Below, piece by piece: positions 28,138-38,686 of a stretch of DNA of 64,000 bases. The number at the start of each line of letters is the position of its first letter. The first letter of the stretch is position 1. Source of the stretch: an uncultured Candidatus Saccharibacteria bacterium (lineage in GTDB: Bacteria > Patescibacteriota > Minisyncoccia > Phycocordibacterales > UBA918); NCBI GenBank assembly GCA_964350985.1, contig CAYGLK010000002.1:229406-293405 (forward strand), in the 5' to 3' direction. The position numbers were made by a program, and so were the translations under genes. The notes beneath the pieces were generated by a model. That model searched no databases. It had not been told where the DNA came from and saw nothing but the letters and a program-made list of their open reading frames with translations.

Positions 28138-29109
28138 TTAGAAAGGATTACTTGCTCCTCGAACTTCAAAGTGTAGGTGAGAACCAGTTGATCTTCCTGA
28201 ATTACCAACTCCACCGATCACTTGACCCTGGCTAACATAAGCTCCGACTCCAACACTGTTACTAGAAAGGTGAGCGTATAGAGTTTGCGCTCCATTTGAG
28301 TGTTTAACTACTATGTATTGTCCGTACCCACCATTCCAACCAAGACTCTTTGAAACAATAACTTCTCCTGAGGCTGCTGCTCTAACTGCAGTCCCAGCTG
28401 CCGCGGCTAAGTCGACAGCGTTGTAACCGTGCAATCCTTGTGTCTTTATACTTCCAGGAGCTGGATGAGATAGCCAGCTTGAGCCACTATTTGAACCTGA
28501 TGATTTAGTTGGAGAAGCATAAGCCTTAGCCACTGGAGCGGTATGAATAGCTCCACCAGGAATAACTAAAGTGGTCCCAACTACCAAAGCATCGTCCGCT
28601 AATAGTTGATTATAAGAAAGAATTTCGTCTACGTCTCCATCATATTTCTTAGCTAGTGATTTAATCGTGTCACCCTTTTTGACTGTATGTCTAACTCCGG
28701 CAACTGGTAAAATGACCAACGTCTGACCAGCTCTAATACCTGTTGCTCGAGGAATATCATTTGCCCACAAGATAGTATTTGTAGTAACTCCATACATTTC
28801 AGCAATGTGAGAAAGGGTATCTCCTTCTCTAACAGTATATACACTAATCTCTCCAGTTGGATTCTTTGCTGTAGCAATAACATCTGGCCCAATCGGTCCA
28901 GGAGAAACTAAAGTGTCCTCATTTACAAAAACATCTGCTCCACCACGTCCATTAAGAGGGTTTGGATTTTGTTGTGCGGATAGAATAGAAACATCTAAAG
29001 CTGATTCTAGTCTAGGATCAATGCTTGTAAAATAATCTCTAGTCAAAGCGCTATTATCGTTATTAAAAATAACCGCTTGAACGGATATAGGTATAATAAT
29101 TACTGCCAT
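28138..29109 (-). CDS. LysM x2 + M23 peptidase
   Basis: YTVREGDTLSHIA, HTVKKGDTI, AVDLAA, TLYAHL, STGSHLHFEV. Confidence 0.92.
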   Translation of the reverse strand: MAVIIIPISVQAVIFNNDNSALTRDYFTSIDPRLESALDVSILSAQQNPNPLNGRGGADVFVNEDTLVSPGPIGPDVIATAKNPTGEISVYTVREGDTLSHIAEMYGVTTNTILWANDIPRATGIRAGQTLVILPVAGVRHTVKKGDTIKSLAKKYDGDVDEILSYNQLLADDALVVGTTLVIPGGAIHTAPVAKAYASPTKSSGSNSGSSWLSHPAPGSIKTQGLHGYNAVDLAAAAGTAVRAAASGEVIVSKSLGWNGGYGQYIVVKHSNGAQTLYAHLSSNSVGVGAYVSQGQVIGGVGNSGRSTGSHLHFEVRGASNPF

Positions 29110-29512
29110 TAATAGGGCGCCTTCAATGAAGTAGCTACTCTTTGGAGAAATTACTCTATTTATTATATTCTGATTCGCCTCTTCTTTTAAACTTGAATCA
29201 GAATTTTGGTCAGTGGGTTTTATATAAGATTAATTATGGACTCGCCGCGATGCAACCGTTACGGAAAATTCAGAAATAAAAAGAGGTCTTGCGACTCTCT
29301 TTTTATTAGATCAGTACACCTTTTTTGGTATGTCGTTAATTCTACTAGAAGAGAAGTTAGGCGCAATTGACGAAAGCTACTTTTTCTTAACAATTAAATA
29401 TTAGTCAAACTAGCATTATTTAAAGCCAGATAAATGCTATTGACAACAAACTTTATATATTGCTAATTGTAAAACTAGTTTTCAATCGGCGCTCTTTAGC
29501 CTCCATGTTATA

Positions 29513-31486
29513 GTGTCACTAAATTTCTATATGCTTAATTTCCCCTACCTTGAAGGACTAAACGCCCCACAACGTGAAGCGGTTATGCAAACTGAAGGGC
29601 CTTTATTAGTCTTAGCTGGAGCTGGTTCAGGAAAAACCCGTGTAATTACTCATCGAATTGTCCATATTATTCATCAAGGAACAGCTCCTTATAATGTCTT
29701 AGCTCTCACCTTCACCAACAAAGCAGCCAAAGAGATGCGTGAACGAGTAGAACACTTGGTCAAAAAATACCCCCCTTCAGAGAGAGCGGCTTTAGACTCT
29801 CTGCCTTTAGTGACTACTTTCCACGCCTTAGGAGTCAGACTACTCCGAGAATTTCATGATCAATTAGGTTTGCCTAGGCACTTCACTATATATGACAGAG
29901 CTGACAGCGTTAGAGCAGTTAAGCAGGCGGTCGAAAAGGCTGACTACAATCCAAAAGAATTTGAACCGAAAAAAATTCTGGGAAAGATATCAAGAGCTAA
30001 AGGAGACGCGCAAAGCTTGGAAGATTTTAAACTATCAGCTTCAACCTTTCCTGACCAAGTCGCAGCTACTGTATGGGGATACTATGAAGAGATCCTTAAA
30101 GCAGAGAGCGCTCTTGATTTTGATGATCTCTTGATAAAGACTTTGAACCTCATTAAAAATAATCCTGGAGTTAGAGAGAGACTACAGTCTCGTTTTAAGT
30201 ACATACATATAGATGAGTACCAAGACACGAACGCGGTTCAGTTTTCTTTAGCTAAGCTGCTCGCTGGCACAAAGCAAAATATTTGTGTTGTTGGAGATAT
30301 CGACCAAAATATTTATTCTTGGCGTGGAGCTGACATAAAAAACGTACTTCAGTTTGAACGAGAGTTCCCAGGAGCTAAAACTATTTTACTTGAAGAAAAC
30401 TATCGCTCGACAAAAACAATCATTGCTGCCTCAAACGAAATAATTGAAAAAAATAAAAACCGGGTAGCTAAAGAAGTATTCACTAGTAACGAAGAGGGAG
30501 AGAAAATTACACTTTACGCCGCTATGACTGGTCAGGATGAAGCGGAATATGTTGCCTTGAAAGCTAAAGAGCTAATTGAAGCTGGTCAGAACCCAACCGA
30601 CATCGCTGTCTTGTATCGTACCAACTTTCAATCCAGAGCCCTGGAAGAAGCATTTTTGAATTACCAGGTTTCCTACCAGCTACTTGGAACAAAATTTTAT
30701 GAAAGAAAAGAAGTAAAAGATGTTTTGTCATATCTTCGTCTTTCTTTAAATCCAAGTAGTAATGCGGACATCGCCAGAATAATTAACGAACCAGCTCGCG
30801 GGATCGGTAAAGTAACCATGCTAAAGGTGATAGAAGGGAGACGCTCTGAACTCAAGGGAGCTATCTTAGAAAAAGTTAGTCGCTTTGATCAAATGATGTC
30901 AGATATTGGGGACGAGGCGCGGACAAAACCACTTTCTGAGACCTTAAAATTTATTATAAAAAGAACTGGTATTGAAACAGAGCTAAAAAAGAACGGAACT
31001 GAGGACGATCTCTCTCGACTAGAAAACCTACAAGAACTTGTGACACTTGGTCGCAGGTATGACGATATGTCTCCTGAAGAAGCGATCGAAGCCTTGATCG
31101 AAACAGCAGCTCTACAAAGCGACCAAGACGAACTAAAAGATAAAGAAGAACAAGACGCTGTCAGACTGATGACGATACACTCGGCCAAGGGACTGGAGTT
31201 TCCCTATGTCTTTATTTGCGGCCTAGAAGAAGGCTTATTTCCTCACGAGAGGCTAGACGATACTGGGATTGACCACGAAGAAGAGCGTCGCTTATTCTAT
31301 GTCGCCATCACTCGCGCTGCTAAAAAACTCTTTTTAACCTACGCCCACTTACGTACTATTTATGGTAGCCAAAGGGTAAATTTACCCTCATCTTTCTTAA
31401 ACGACATTAGTACTAAATACGTTGAAGGAGGCAACCCGGCTGACGCAGCTTCATCTGGATACGAGACAACTATTTTTCTTGATTAA
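29513..31486 (+). CDS. pcrA: UvrD/PcrA SF1 helicase
   Basis: LAGAGSGKT, IDEYQDTN, LEENYRS, MTIHSAKGLEF, EEERRLFYVAITRA. Confidence 0.93.
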   Translation: MSLNFYMLNFPYLEGLNAPQREAVMQTEGPLLVLAGAGSGKTRVITHRIVHIIHQGTAPYNVLALTFTNKAAKEMRERVEHLVKKYPPSERAALDSLPLVTTFHALGVRLLREFHDQLGLPRHFTIYDRADSVRAVKQAVEKADYNPKEFEPKKILGKISRAKGDAQSLEDFKLSASTFPDQVAATVWGYYEEILKAESALDFDDLLIKTLNLIKNNPGVRERLQSRFKYIHIDEYQDTNAVQFSLAKLLAGTKQNICVVGDIDQNIYSWRGADIKNVLQFEREFPGAKTILLEENYRSTKTIIAASNEIIEKNKNRVAKEVFTSNEEGEKITLYAAMTGQDEAEYVALKAKELIEAGQNPTDIAVLYRTNFQSRALEEAFLNYQVSYQLLGTKFYERKEVKDVLSYLRLSLNPSSNADIARIINEPARGIGKVTMLKVIEGRRSELKGAILEKVSRFDQMMSDIGDEARTKPLSETLKFIIKRTGIETELKKNGTEDDLSRLENLQELVTLGRRYDDMSPEEAIEALIETAALQSDQDELKDKEEQDAVRLMTIHSAKGLEFPYVFICGLEEGLFPHERLDDTGIDHEEERRLFYVAITRAAKKLFLTYAHLRTIYGSQRVNLPSSFLNDISTKYVEGGNPADAASSGYETTIFLD

Positions 31487-31573
31487 GGAGTTCGTTTAAA
31501 CTGTTTCTTGAATTTCATTTATTAAACCTAATAATGCCTTGCTCTTTTGTCTGCATCTTAGTATGCTCGCTAG

Positions 31574-32425
31574 ATGAAAAGAAGGTTTCCAAAAAAAGAA
31601 TCTGACAGCAGGCCTAACCCGGAGGGGGAGGGTAAGTTTGTGCACAAGCGTTCTTTGGGACAAAATTTCTTAACTAGTGACATTGTCCCAGGCTGGATGG
31701 TAGATGCAGCTAAAGTTGCATCAACAGATACTGTTCTTGAAATTGGGCCGGGTACCGGGAGACTAACAACAGCTTTACTTAAAACTGGAGCAAAAGTGCT
31801 CGCCGTTGAGGCTGATGGTAGAGCTATTGGTGAGTTAAATAAAACTTTTGAGAAAGAGATTGAAAGCAGGCAGCTAACTATTCATCATGGGGATGCTCGC
31901 GAGATCACTCCGACAACTCTAGGTCTAAAAGATAAAGGTTTTAAAGTAGTGGCAAACATCCCTTATTACTTGTCTGGTTTTTTACTAAGGTCACTACTGG
32001 AAAATGAGATCCAGCCAAGTAATTTAACGTTTTTAATTCAGAAGGAACTAGCGGTACGAATTGCTCGCGATAAAAAAGAATCCATTTTGGCTTTATCTGT
32101 AAAGGTTTTTGGTGAACCACACCTTTTTAAAAACGTCAGTCCCGGACATTTTCATCCTATGCCTAAGGTAGATTCCGCTATTTTAGCTATTGCAAATATC
32201 AATCGGGAAAATTTTAAACAAATCACTCCAACACAATTTTTTGAAGTGATTCATCTTGGTCTCGGTAAAAAAAGAAAGCAATTACTGGCTAATCTGAGTG
32301 AAAAATACGCCAGATCAAAGCTAGAAGGGAGCTTTGCTGAATTAAATTTATCACCCACCATACGGGGGGAAGATGTCTCTTTAGCAGACTGGCTCAAGCT
32401 CACAGAAATTTTAGAAAAAAGGTAA
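31574..32425 (+). CDS. rsmA: 16S rRNA dimethyladenosine transferase KsgA
   Basis: SLGQNFL, LEIGPGTG, VANIPYY, PMPKVDSA. Confidence 0.95.
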   Translation: MKRRFPKKESDSRPNPEGEGKFVHKRSLGQNFLTSDIVPGWMVDAAKVASTDTVLEIGPGTGRLTTALLKTGAKVLAVEADGRAIGELNKTFEKEIESRQLTIHHGDAREITPTTLGLKDKGFKVVANIPYYLSGFLLRSLLENEIQPSNLTFLIQKELAVRIARDKKESILALSVKVFGEPHLFKNVSPGHFHPMPKVDSAILAIANINRENFKQITPTQFFEVIHLGLGKKRKQLLANLSEKYARSKLEGSFAELNLSPTIRGEDVSLADWLKLTEILEKR

Positions 32426-32503
32426 AGTTTGAAAGTGGTTTTAAGAGGTAAACTATGAACACTCTTAGGGAAAAAGGGCTTTCATTACTGCTATAATAAA
32501 CAC

Positions 32504-33394
32504 ATGGTAAACCAATCTAATTCAAAGGTTGTTGGCGCTTTTGTGGTGGGCTTGAGCCTCGTTACTGGCGCTTATGTTTTGAATAATTTTGGTCAAAACT
32601 ATTCTCCAACAACCACTCCTCAATCAATCACTACAGTTGAGGCTCCGCTTCGTATGCCTATCCCGGTTTCTGATACCAATAATGACGGCATCGAAGATTG
32701 GCAAGAGGAGTTTGTTAGCACTAATATAGTAAATGTTCAAAACGGATCAGATTCCTACCTAGCACCCGAGACTTTGACAGGAAAGATAGGAGTTTCTTTT
32801 ATTGAGGAAATTATCCTCGCTAAAGGATATGAAGAATTTGGTCCTTCAACTGAAGAAGTTATCGATAGTACTGTTAATACTATTATTAAATCGACCGAGG
32901 ATAAAATTTATGATATTAAAGAAATAACTATCATAAAAACTACCGACAGCGGGAGCGTCCGCGCATATGCTAATGCCCATGCTAGCGCTCTAATTGATAA
33001 CAACGTTCCTGATCTTCGTGACCCCCTTGTAATTTTAAAGGAAGTTGTTGATGGAAAAACTGATCCTGGATTAAAGGAACTTGAAACGCTGAGCGAAGTC
33101 TATCGTAAAATCCGTGACTCAGTTTTAAGAATCCCAGTTCCTTCTACTCTAGCCAAAGAACACTTGGACTTAATTAATATTTACAACGCTCTACATGAAG
33201 ATCTGAAGGGAATGGGCAAGTCTGGAGAAGATCCTCTTGTGGCCTTAGTCCGACTTAGACGTTATGAGGATGACACCTTGGCTTTAGGTTTGGCTTTGCA
33301 AAATTTAGGCAGAACCCTAAAAAAATATAATTTTGAATATACCGAAAGTGATCCTTCTGTTGTATTTCTAGCTTTCATCCTAAATTCACAATAA
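32504..33394 (+). CDS. Hypothetical anchored protein with DxNxDG calcium-binding-like motif
   Basis: N-terminal TM; DTNNDGIEDWQE; helical C-terminus. Confidence 0.7.
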   Translation: MVNQSNSKVVGAFVVGLSLVTGAYVLNNFGQNYSPTTTPQSITTVEAPLRMPIPVSDTNNDGIEDWQEEFVSTNIVNVQNGSDSYLAPETLTGKIGVSFIEEIILAKGYEEFGPSTEEVIDSTVNTIIKSTEDKIYDIKEITIIKTTDSGSVRAYANAHASALIDNNVPDLRDPLVILKEVVDGKTDPGLKELETLSEVYRKIRDSVLRIPVPSTLAKEHLDLINIYNALHEDLKGMGKSGEDPLVALVRLRRYEDDTLALGLALQNLGRTLKKYNFEYTESDPSVVFLAFILNSQ

Positions 33395-33398
33395 TTTT

Positions 33399-34841
33399 AT
33401 GAGCTTACTACACTACCTAACTCAACGATTCCTAATTTCTGGCTTTATTTTAAGTTTTGTTTTTGTCTCACTTTACACACCACTGCCGTCTAATACATTG
33501 AATACTGCCGAAGCAGCATATCCGGTCTTTGATGCTGCTGCAGAAATACAACTAACTACTGCCAATACTAACTTAGTAACGACAAATGCCGCTTTAAAGG
33601 CTGGTTTTGGTTCTTTAATAAAACTCGAAACAAGTGAAGAATCTAAAAGTCTGTTTGCTGACGGTATTGCTTGGGCTTTAGCAAAACAGGTGGTGTCAGC
33701 CATTACGTCTAGTATTGTTAGTTGGATTAATTCCGGCTTTCAAGGCAAACCCGTTTTTGTTCAGGATCTAGGTGGATTTTTAACTGGTATTGCCGATGAT
33801 ACTGCCGGTCTTTACCTACAAGAATTGGGTGGGCCTTTATCATTCCTTTGTTCTCCATTTAAGCTCGACATCCAAATTGCTCTCTCTTTCGCCTACGCCA
33901 GAGAGAGGAATGGACATCTTTATGGCTCTTGTACTTTAACTGGAGCCTTGTCCAACCTTGAAAGCTTTATTGATGGTGATTTTGCTAGTGGAGGCTGGGA
34001 TGCTTGGTTTAGTGTTACTTCCCAGCCGGAGCTCTACACTCCTTATGGAAGTATGATGGCAGCTAAAGAACAGCTGGATAGACGGGTTAGTGAAAAAACT
34101 GGCGAAGAAAGAAATCTTTTAAGTTTTGGCTCCGGTTTCTTATCAACAAAAAAATGTACCTCCCCGGATGATTCTCAGGGAGGAGGACCACCTGATTGTA
34201 GAATTGTTACCCCTGGCCAGACAATCAGCGAATCTTTAAGCTTTCAACTTTCAACAGGACAAAGGTCACTAATTAGTGCTGATGAAATTGATGAAATCAT
34301 TGGTGCTTTGATTGGAGCCTTAGCCCAGAAGGCTATAACAGAAGGTTTGAGTTCTCTTAGTGGTGGAAGTGGATCAGGCAGTGGTAGCAGCGCAGGCAGT
34401 TCTTACTTAACTGAATTACAAAGTGAGGCAGCTAACTTTGATCGCTTCCGAGAGCAAGTTTTAGACAGCATTGCTCTACTGGAACTATATATTGATGAAG
34501 CATTATTTTATAAACCTCTTCTCCTAGATTTTGCTAATAATTCAAACAATAATTCACGTCGTCGGGAGGCTGCCTTAGCTGAGGTCAATGAAATTGATTT
34601 GGACTTAATTGAAGCGGACGAGACAATTGAGGAGTTAGAAAGGCTACTAGATCAAATTGAGTTTGGACTGACACCAGAATCCGCTGGCTCAATATCTAGA
34701 ATCTATATGTCTCTTCCGCTACATTCACAAAATAGTATAGATTTTGCTATAGACGCATGGGAATCTTTAATTGCTCCAGATAATAATGACAGCGGCTCTG
34801 GCGGATCATCAAACTCAACCTCAACCTTCCCAGGAGGTTAA
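33399..34841 (+). CDS. Hypothetical exported protein, possibly VirB5/TrbJ-like
   Basis: Signal peptide ending AEA followed by YPVFD; position before VirB6-like gene. Confidence 0.5.
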   Translation: MSLLHYLTQRFLISGFILSFVFVSLYTPLPSNTLNTAEAAYPVFDAAAEIQLTTANTNLVTTNAALKAGFGSLIKLETSEESKSLFADGIAWALAKQVVSAITSSIVSWINSGFQGKPVFVQDLGGFLTGIADDTAGLYLQELGGPLSFLCSPFKLDIQIALSFAYARERNGHLYGSCTLTGALSNLESFIDGDFASGGWDAWFSVTSQPELYTPYGSMMAAKEQLDRRVSEKTGEERNLLSFGSGFLSTKKCTSPDDSQGGGPPDCRIVTPGQTISESLSFQLSTGQRSLISADEIDEIIGALIGALAQKAITEGLSSLSGGSGSGSGSSAGSSYLTELQSEAANFDRFREQVLDSIALLELYIDEALFYKPLLLDFANNSNNNSRRREAALAEVNEIDLDLIEADETIEELERLLDQIEFGLTPESAGSISRIYMSLPLHSQNSIDFAIDAWESLIAPDNNDSGSGGSSNSTSTFPGG

Positions 34842-34847
34842 TAATTC

Positions 34848-37025
34848 ATGAATTGGTTTAGACAAAACAAAAATAAAGTTCTCTCACTGTCTTTTTTGGT
34901 GATTATTTTTTCATTTTTACCTCAAGTTGCTGACGCCCAACTTGCTATTGTTAAAGAATATTACGTAAGCGTGGCTTGGACATTTGTTAATACCGTTTTT
35001 GGTTGGATGCTTTGGGCTGGGGGAGTCCTTATAAACTACAGTGTGACAACTTTTGTAGTAGGTTTTGGTTCTTTCTATGTAAACTCAGGAATAGGCGAAG
35101 CTGTCAATACATTATGGGGAAAGGTACGTGACATTTTTAACCTCACTTTTATCTTTGGGTTAGTCTACATTGGTTTTAAGATGATCTTAGACAGCAGCGA
35201 CAGTAGTGCCAAAAAAATGCTGGGATCTCTCTTAATCGCTGCGCTTTTGGTGAACTTTAGCCTTTTTATCACCAAGTCAGTAGTGGATTTTTCTAACATT
35301 GCCGCTAAGCAATTTGCGGAACCATTTCTGGTAGTCAACAATGCCGGCAAAGAAGAATATGAGATTTCAAGCAAATTCATGGAATTACTTGGCCTGACGA
35401 GTATCATTTCTTTTGAGTTTTTTGACGCTCCAGAGAAAGCTGGTTTTGGTTATGTCTTTGGCACAGCTTATCTTTATATTATTGGAGCCTTTGTTTTTGG
35501 CGCCGGGGGTATTTTGTTACTCATTCGTTTTATAGTACTGAATATTTATATGCTTTTGTCTCCTTTAATGTTTCTCGGGTTTGTTTTTCCGGGCTTAATG
35601 AGTATTTCCAAACAATACTGGACCGGCTTCCTAAAACGTGCTTTTTTTGCCCCCGCTTATCTTCTGATGATTTACTTTTCCGCTCAGATTCTGGCAAACT
35701 TAAGTCGTTTTGTTGGAGTTGATAATGATTACTCCGCTGCTTTTGTAGCGAGTAGTGACTTAGGTGCGACTGCAGCTGCTACTTTTGAAGGAACTATTGT
35801 TTATTTTATGATTATCTGCGGTTTTTTAATCGCTTCTTTAATTGTGGCCAATAAACTAGGTGTTCATGGTGCCAGTACAGCTATCTCACTTGGTAAAAAA
35901 GGTTCAGCCTGGGCCAGAAGAAAAACCATCACTAACGCTAGGGGTGCCGTTTTTGTGGGTGCCCGGGCAGGACTTGACGCTGCAGCCAAAGACAACGGAA
36001 AGCGTTACAGTAGTAAAACTAAAAATTTCCTTAGAGGAGGGACTAGGATGGCGGCCAGAAGTGCTACTCTACTTGGGGCTAGAGATGGACTAGACTCACT
36101 AGCTAAGCCGTATGACGAAAGTTCTGCTGATTGGAAGAAAAAAGTGGCGGGATTAAATCAACGTGACAAAGAAGCTCGCGATGAAGAAACAATTGCAGAG
36201 GGTCAACGCGGAGCAGATGAGCTTGCTGTTATTAGAGCAGCTCAAAAAGCCAAAACTTCAACTTCTGCACAAGACGCTAGACTACCAGACCTAGAGAAAG
36301 CTGAAGCAGCGATGTTGTCTGTTATTGCTGGGATGGCTACTAGTCAGCTAGAAAATATGTCAGCTAGTGACATAGCCAAGATCGCACCAAATCTTACCAG
36401 TTCACAAATCGAGAATGTCTTAAAGAGCGACAAGGTGGATCCTGCGATTAAATCAAAGCTTCTAAAGACTCGCATCGACGCTATTACTGGAAAAATTACG
36501 GCTACAAATGCTGCTGGTGTAAAAGTACTTCGCATCAAAGAATTAACTGCCCTTAGTACTGATGAAATCGAAACCTTGGGTGATGAGTGGATTAGGAAAA
36601 ACGCAGCATTATTATCAAATACACAAATGGAAGACCTGAAGAAGAGTAAGAAATTCACGGAAGGTCAAAAAAACAGCTACGCTTCTATTCGATCGACAAC
36701 ACACAAAAATTTGGTTGATTCTGGAACTACATCCGAAATAGCTGCACTATTTAGAAATAATGACGGAGTACCTTCTAAGGGAATAAAAGCTACTGACAGG
36801 AAACCTAAAGAAGTAGCTAATCTTGGGAAAGATGTTTTGACAAATGATAAGTCTCTTCCTTTCCTTACGGGCGGTATATTAAATGAAATTGCTAAAAATG
36901 AAACCCTATTGCAACCAGATCGTGCTGCTCTAAGAAAGAAAATCGAAGATACTTCATACTCTGGAGCAAACAAGACTGAATTACAGGAATACTTTAAATC
37001 TTCTCACGGACAAAGACACTGGTAA
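34848..37025 (+). CDS. Polytopic membrane protein, VirB6/TrbL-like, with long soluble C-terminal tail
   Basis: WGKVRDIFN, ALLVNFSLFI, LSPLMF..W..F..AP; about 8 TMs. Confidence 0.65.
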   Translation: MNWFRQNKNKVLSLSFLVIIFSFLPQVADAQLAIVKEYYVSVAWTFVNTVFGWMLWAGGVLINYSVTTFVVGFGSFYVNSGIGEAVNTLWGKVRDIFNLTFIFGLVYIGFKMILDSSDSSAKKMLGSLLIAALLVNFSLFITKSVVDFSNIAAKQFAEPFLVVNNAGKEEYEISSKFMELLGLTSIISFEFFDAPEKAGFGYVFGTAYLYIIGAFVFGAGGILLLIRFIVLNIYMLLSPLMFLGFVFPGLMSISKQYWTGFLKRAFFAPAYLLMIYFSAQILANLSRFVGVDNDYSAAFVASSDLGATAAATFEGTIVYFMIICGFLIASLIVANKLGVHGASTAISLGKKGSAWARRKTITNARGAVFVGARAGLDAAAKDNGKRYSSKTKNFLRGGTRMAARSATLLGARDGLDSLAKPYDESSADWKKKVAGLNQRDKEARDEETIAEGQRGADELAVIRAAQKAKTSTSAQDARLPDLEKAEAAMLSVIAGMATSQLENMSASDIAKIAPNLTSSQIENVLKSDKVDPAIKSKLLKTRIDAITGKITATNAAGVKVLRIKELTALSTDEIETLGDEWIRKNAALLSNTQMEDLKKSKKFTEGQKNSYASIRSTTHKNLVDSGTTSEIAALFRNNDGVPSKGIKATDRKPKEVANLGKDVLTNDKSLPFLTGGILNEIAKNETLLQPDRAALRKKIEDTSYSGANKTELQEYFKSSHGQRHW

Positions 37026-37028
37026 AAT

Positions 37029-37535
37029 ATGAAAATATCTAACGAACAATTTGATGAAGCTTACGAAAAAGCCACCCCTGCTCAGCAATACCTGTGCTCC
37101 TATTCAGGTGGTCAACTGCTAAGTATCGCAAATAAATATAATTTAAACGAAGAAGAATATAAAAATTTGGCCATAACTATTGGTGACGTGGTACTTGGTT
37201 TTTTTCCAAAAACCGAGCTACCTAACCTTTTGGTTAATGAAGTTGGTTTAAACGAAACGAACGCCTTTAAAATAACTGGAGAGTTAATGGATTTTTTCAA
37301 TCCCTTGACTGATCCAAGTTGGCAACCGCCCAAAAATAATACAGAAAATGATTTGGAGGAGGTTGGGCTGTCAGTCCAAGAAGAAATTGCTGAAGCTGAA
37401 GCTGCCTTAAAGTCACTACGAACCATGGCTGATGACGAACTAGCAGCAATAGACTCAGAAAAAGTACACCCTAGCCAGCAAGCGGACCTACTCAACAAAG
37501 AAAGCGGCCCTTCTCCTCGTTGGGGGAGCGGGTAA
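37029..37535 (+). CDS. Hypothetical protein
   Basis: 168-aa ORF coupled to previous gene; followed by hairpin 37536-37572. Confidence 0.7.
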   Translation: MKISNEQFDEAYEKATPAQQYLCSYSGGQLLSIANKYNLNEEEYKNLAITIGDVVLGFFPKTELPNLLVNEVGLNETNAFKITGELMDFFNPLTDPSWQPPKNNTENDLEEVGLSVQEEIAEAEAALKSLRTMADDELAAIDSEKVHPSQQADLLNKESGPSPRWGSG

Positions 37536-37620
37536 TAAAAAAACGAAAGCCTATGCAGCTTTCGTTTTTTATTCCACGTCAATTAACCCTGACTACTTCT
37601 CTAACGTGTATAATGAGTAG

Positions 37621-38040
37621 ATGCAATTTGAAGTACCTCAGTTTATTGAAATTGAAGACAAAATCTTTGGGCCATTGACTTGGAGGCAATTTCTTTATAT
37701 TGGCGGCGGTGTTGGTATGGGTGTGGTTTTATTTTTTACCACCAATTTTATAATTTTCCTAATCATTGGACTACCTTTGGCACTTTTGGCTGGAGCTTTG
37801 GCTTTTTACCCAGTTAATAATCGTCCTTTTTCCTACTTCCTCGAATCTTTAATTGGCTACTTTAGAAGAAAGAAACTCTACCTTTGGAGACAAAAAAAAG
37901 CGGAAGTACATAAATATAATTTTACCCCAAGTCAAATACCTCACCAAAACCCTCTAAATGTTAGTCATCAAGCATCCCAAAAAAATGTTGCCTCAATGGC
38001 TCGCCGTCTAGAATTAGAAGCTCTACAAAAAAAAGATTAA
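37621..38040 (+). CDS. PrgI-family (VirB3-like) membrane protein
   Basis: MQFEVPQFIEIEDKIFGPLTWRQF + two TMs + NNRP. Confidence 0.85.
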   Translation: MQFEVPQFIEIEDKIFGPLTWRQFLYIGGGVGMGVVLFFTTNFIIFLIIGLPLALLAGALAFYPVNNRPFSYFLESLIGYFRRKKLYLWRQKKAEVHKYNFTPSQIPHQNPLNVSHQASQKNVASMARRLELEALQKKD

Positions 38041-38041
38041 C

Positions 38042-38677
38042 ATGCCAAAAGCTACTCCAGCCTCACAAGATTTTGTTACCATCAAAGACATTAAAGATGG
38101 TGTTGTTATTCTAAAAAGTGGCCAAATGTGTTCTGTTCTTTTAGCTTCTTCCATCAACTTTGCTCTTAAATCTAGTGACGAACAACAAGCGATCTTACAC
38201 AACTTTCAGAGTTTTTTAAACACTTTAGATTTCTCACTACAGATCTATATCCAATCAAGAAGGTTAAATATTGAGCCTTACTTGTCTCTTTTGGCCACTA
38301 GAGAAGACCAACAAGACAACGACCTGATGCGGATCCAACTCCGTGAATACATAGAATTTATTCGTAGCTTTACAGAAGAAGTAGATGTGATGAGTAAAAA
38401 CTTCTTTTTAGTAATCCCTTACACACCATCTCCAGTCAATCTCACTCGAGGAATCACAAATTTTTTTACACCTGGAAAACAAAAAGCCGCCCCGGCCGAC
38501 TTACAATTTGATGTCCAACGGATCCAACTAGAGCAACGTGTCGCCATTGTCGAACAGGGCTTATCCAGAGTGGGTGTAAGAACTATTAAGCTAAAAAATG
38601 AAGACTTAGTGGAGCTTTATTACCATATCTACAACCCAACTGACCCTACAGGTTCAGCTCCAATGGGTAATAATTAA
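38042..38677 (+). CDS. VirB4 N-terminal-like (TraC-associated) protein
   Basis: SINFALKSSDEQ..FQSFLNTLDF..QIYIQSR; between PrgI and VirB4. Confidence 0.7.
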   Translation: MPKATPASQDFVTIKDIKDGVVILKSGQMCSVLLASSINFALKSSDEQQAILHNFQSFLNTLDFSLQIYIQSRRLNIEPYLSLLATREDQQDNDLMRIQLREYIEFIRSFTEEVDVMSKNFFLVIPYTPSPVNLTRGITNFFTPGKQKAAPADLQFDVQRIQLEQRVAIVEQGLSRVGVRTIKLKNEDLVELYYHIYNPTDPTGSAPMGNN

Positions 38678-38686
38678 TAAAAACAT

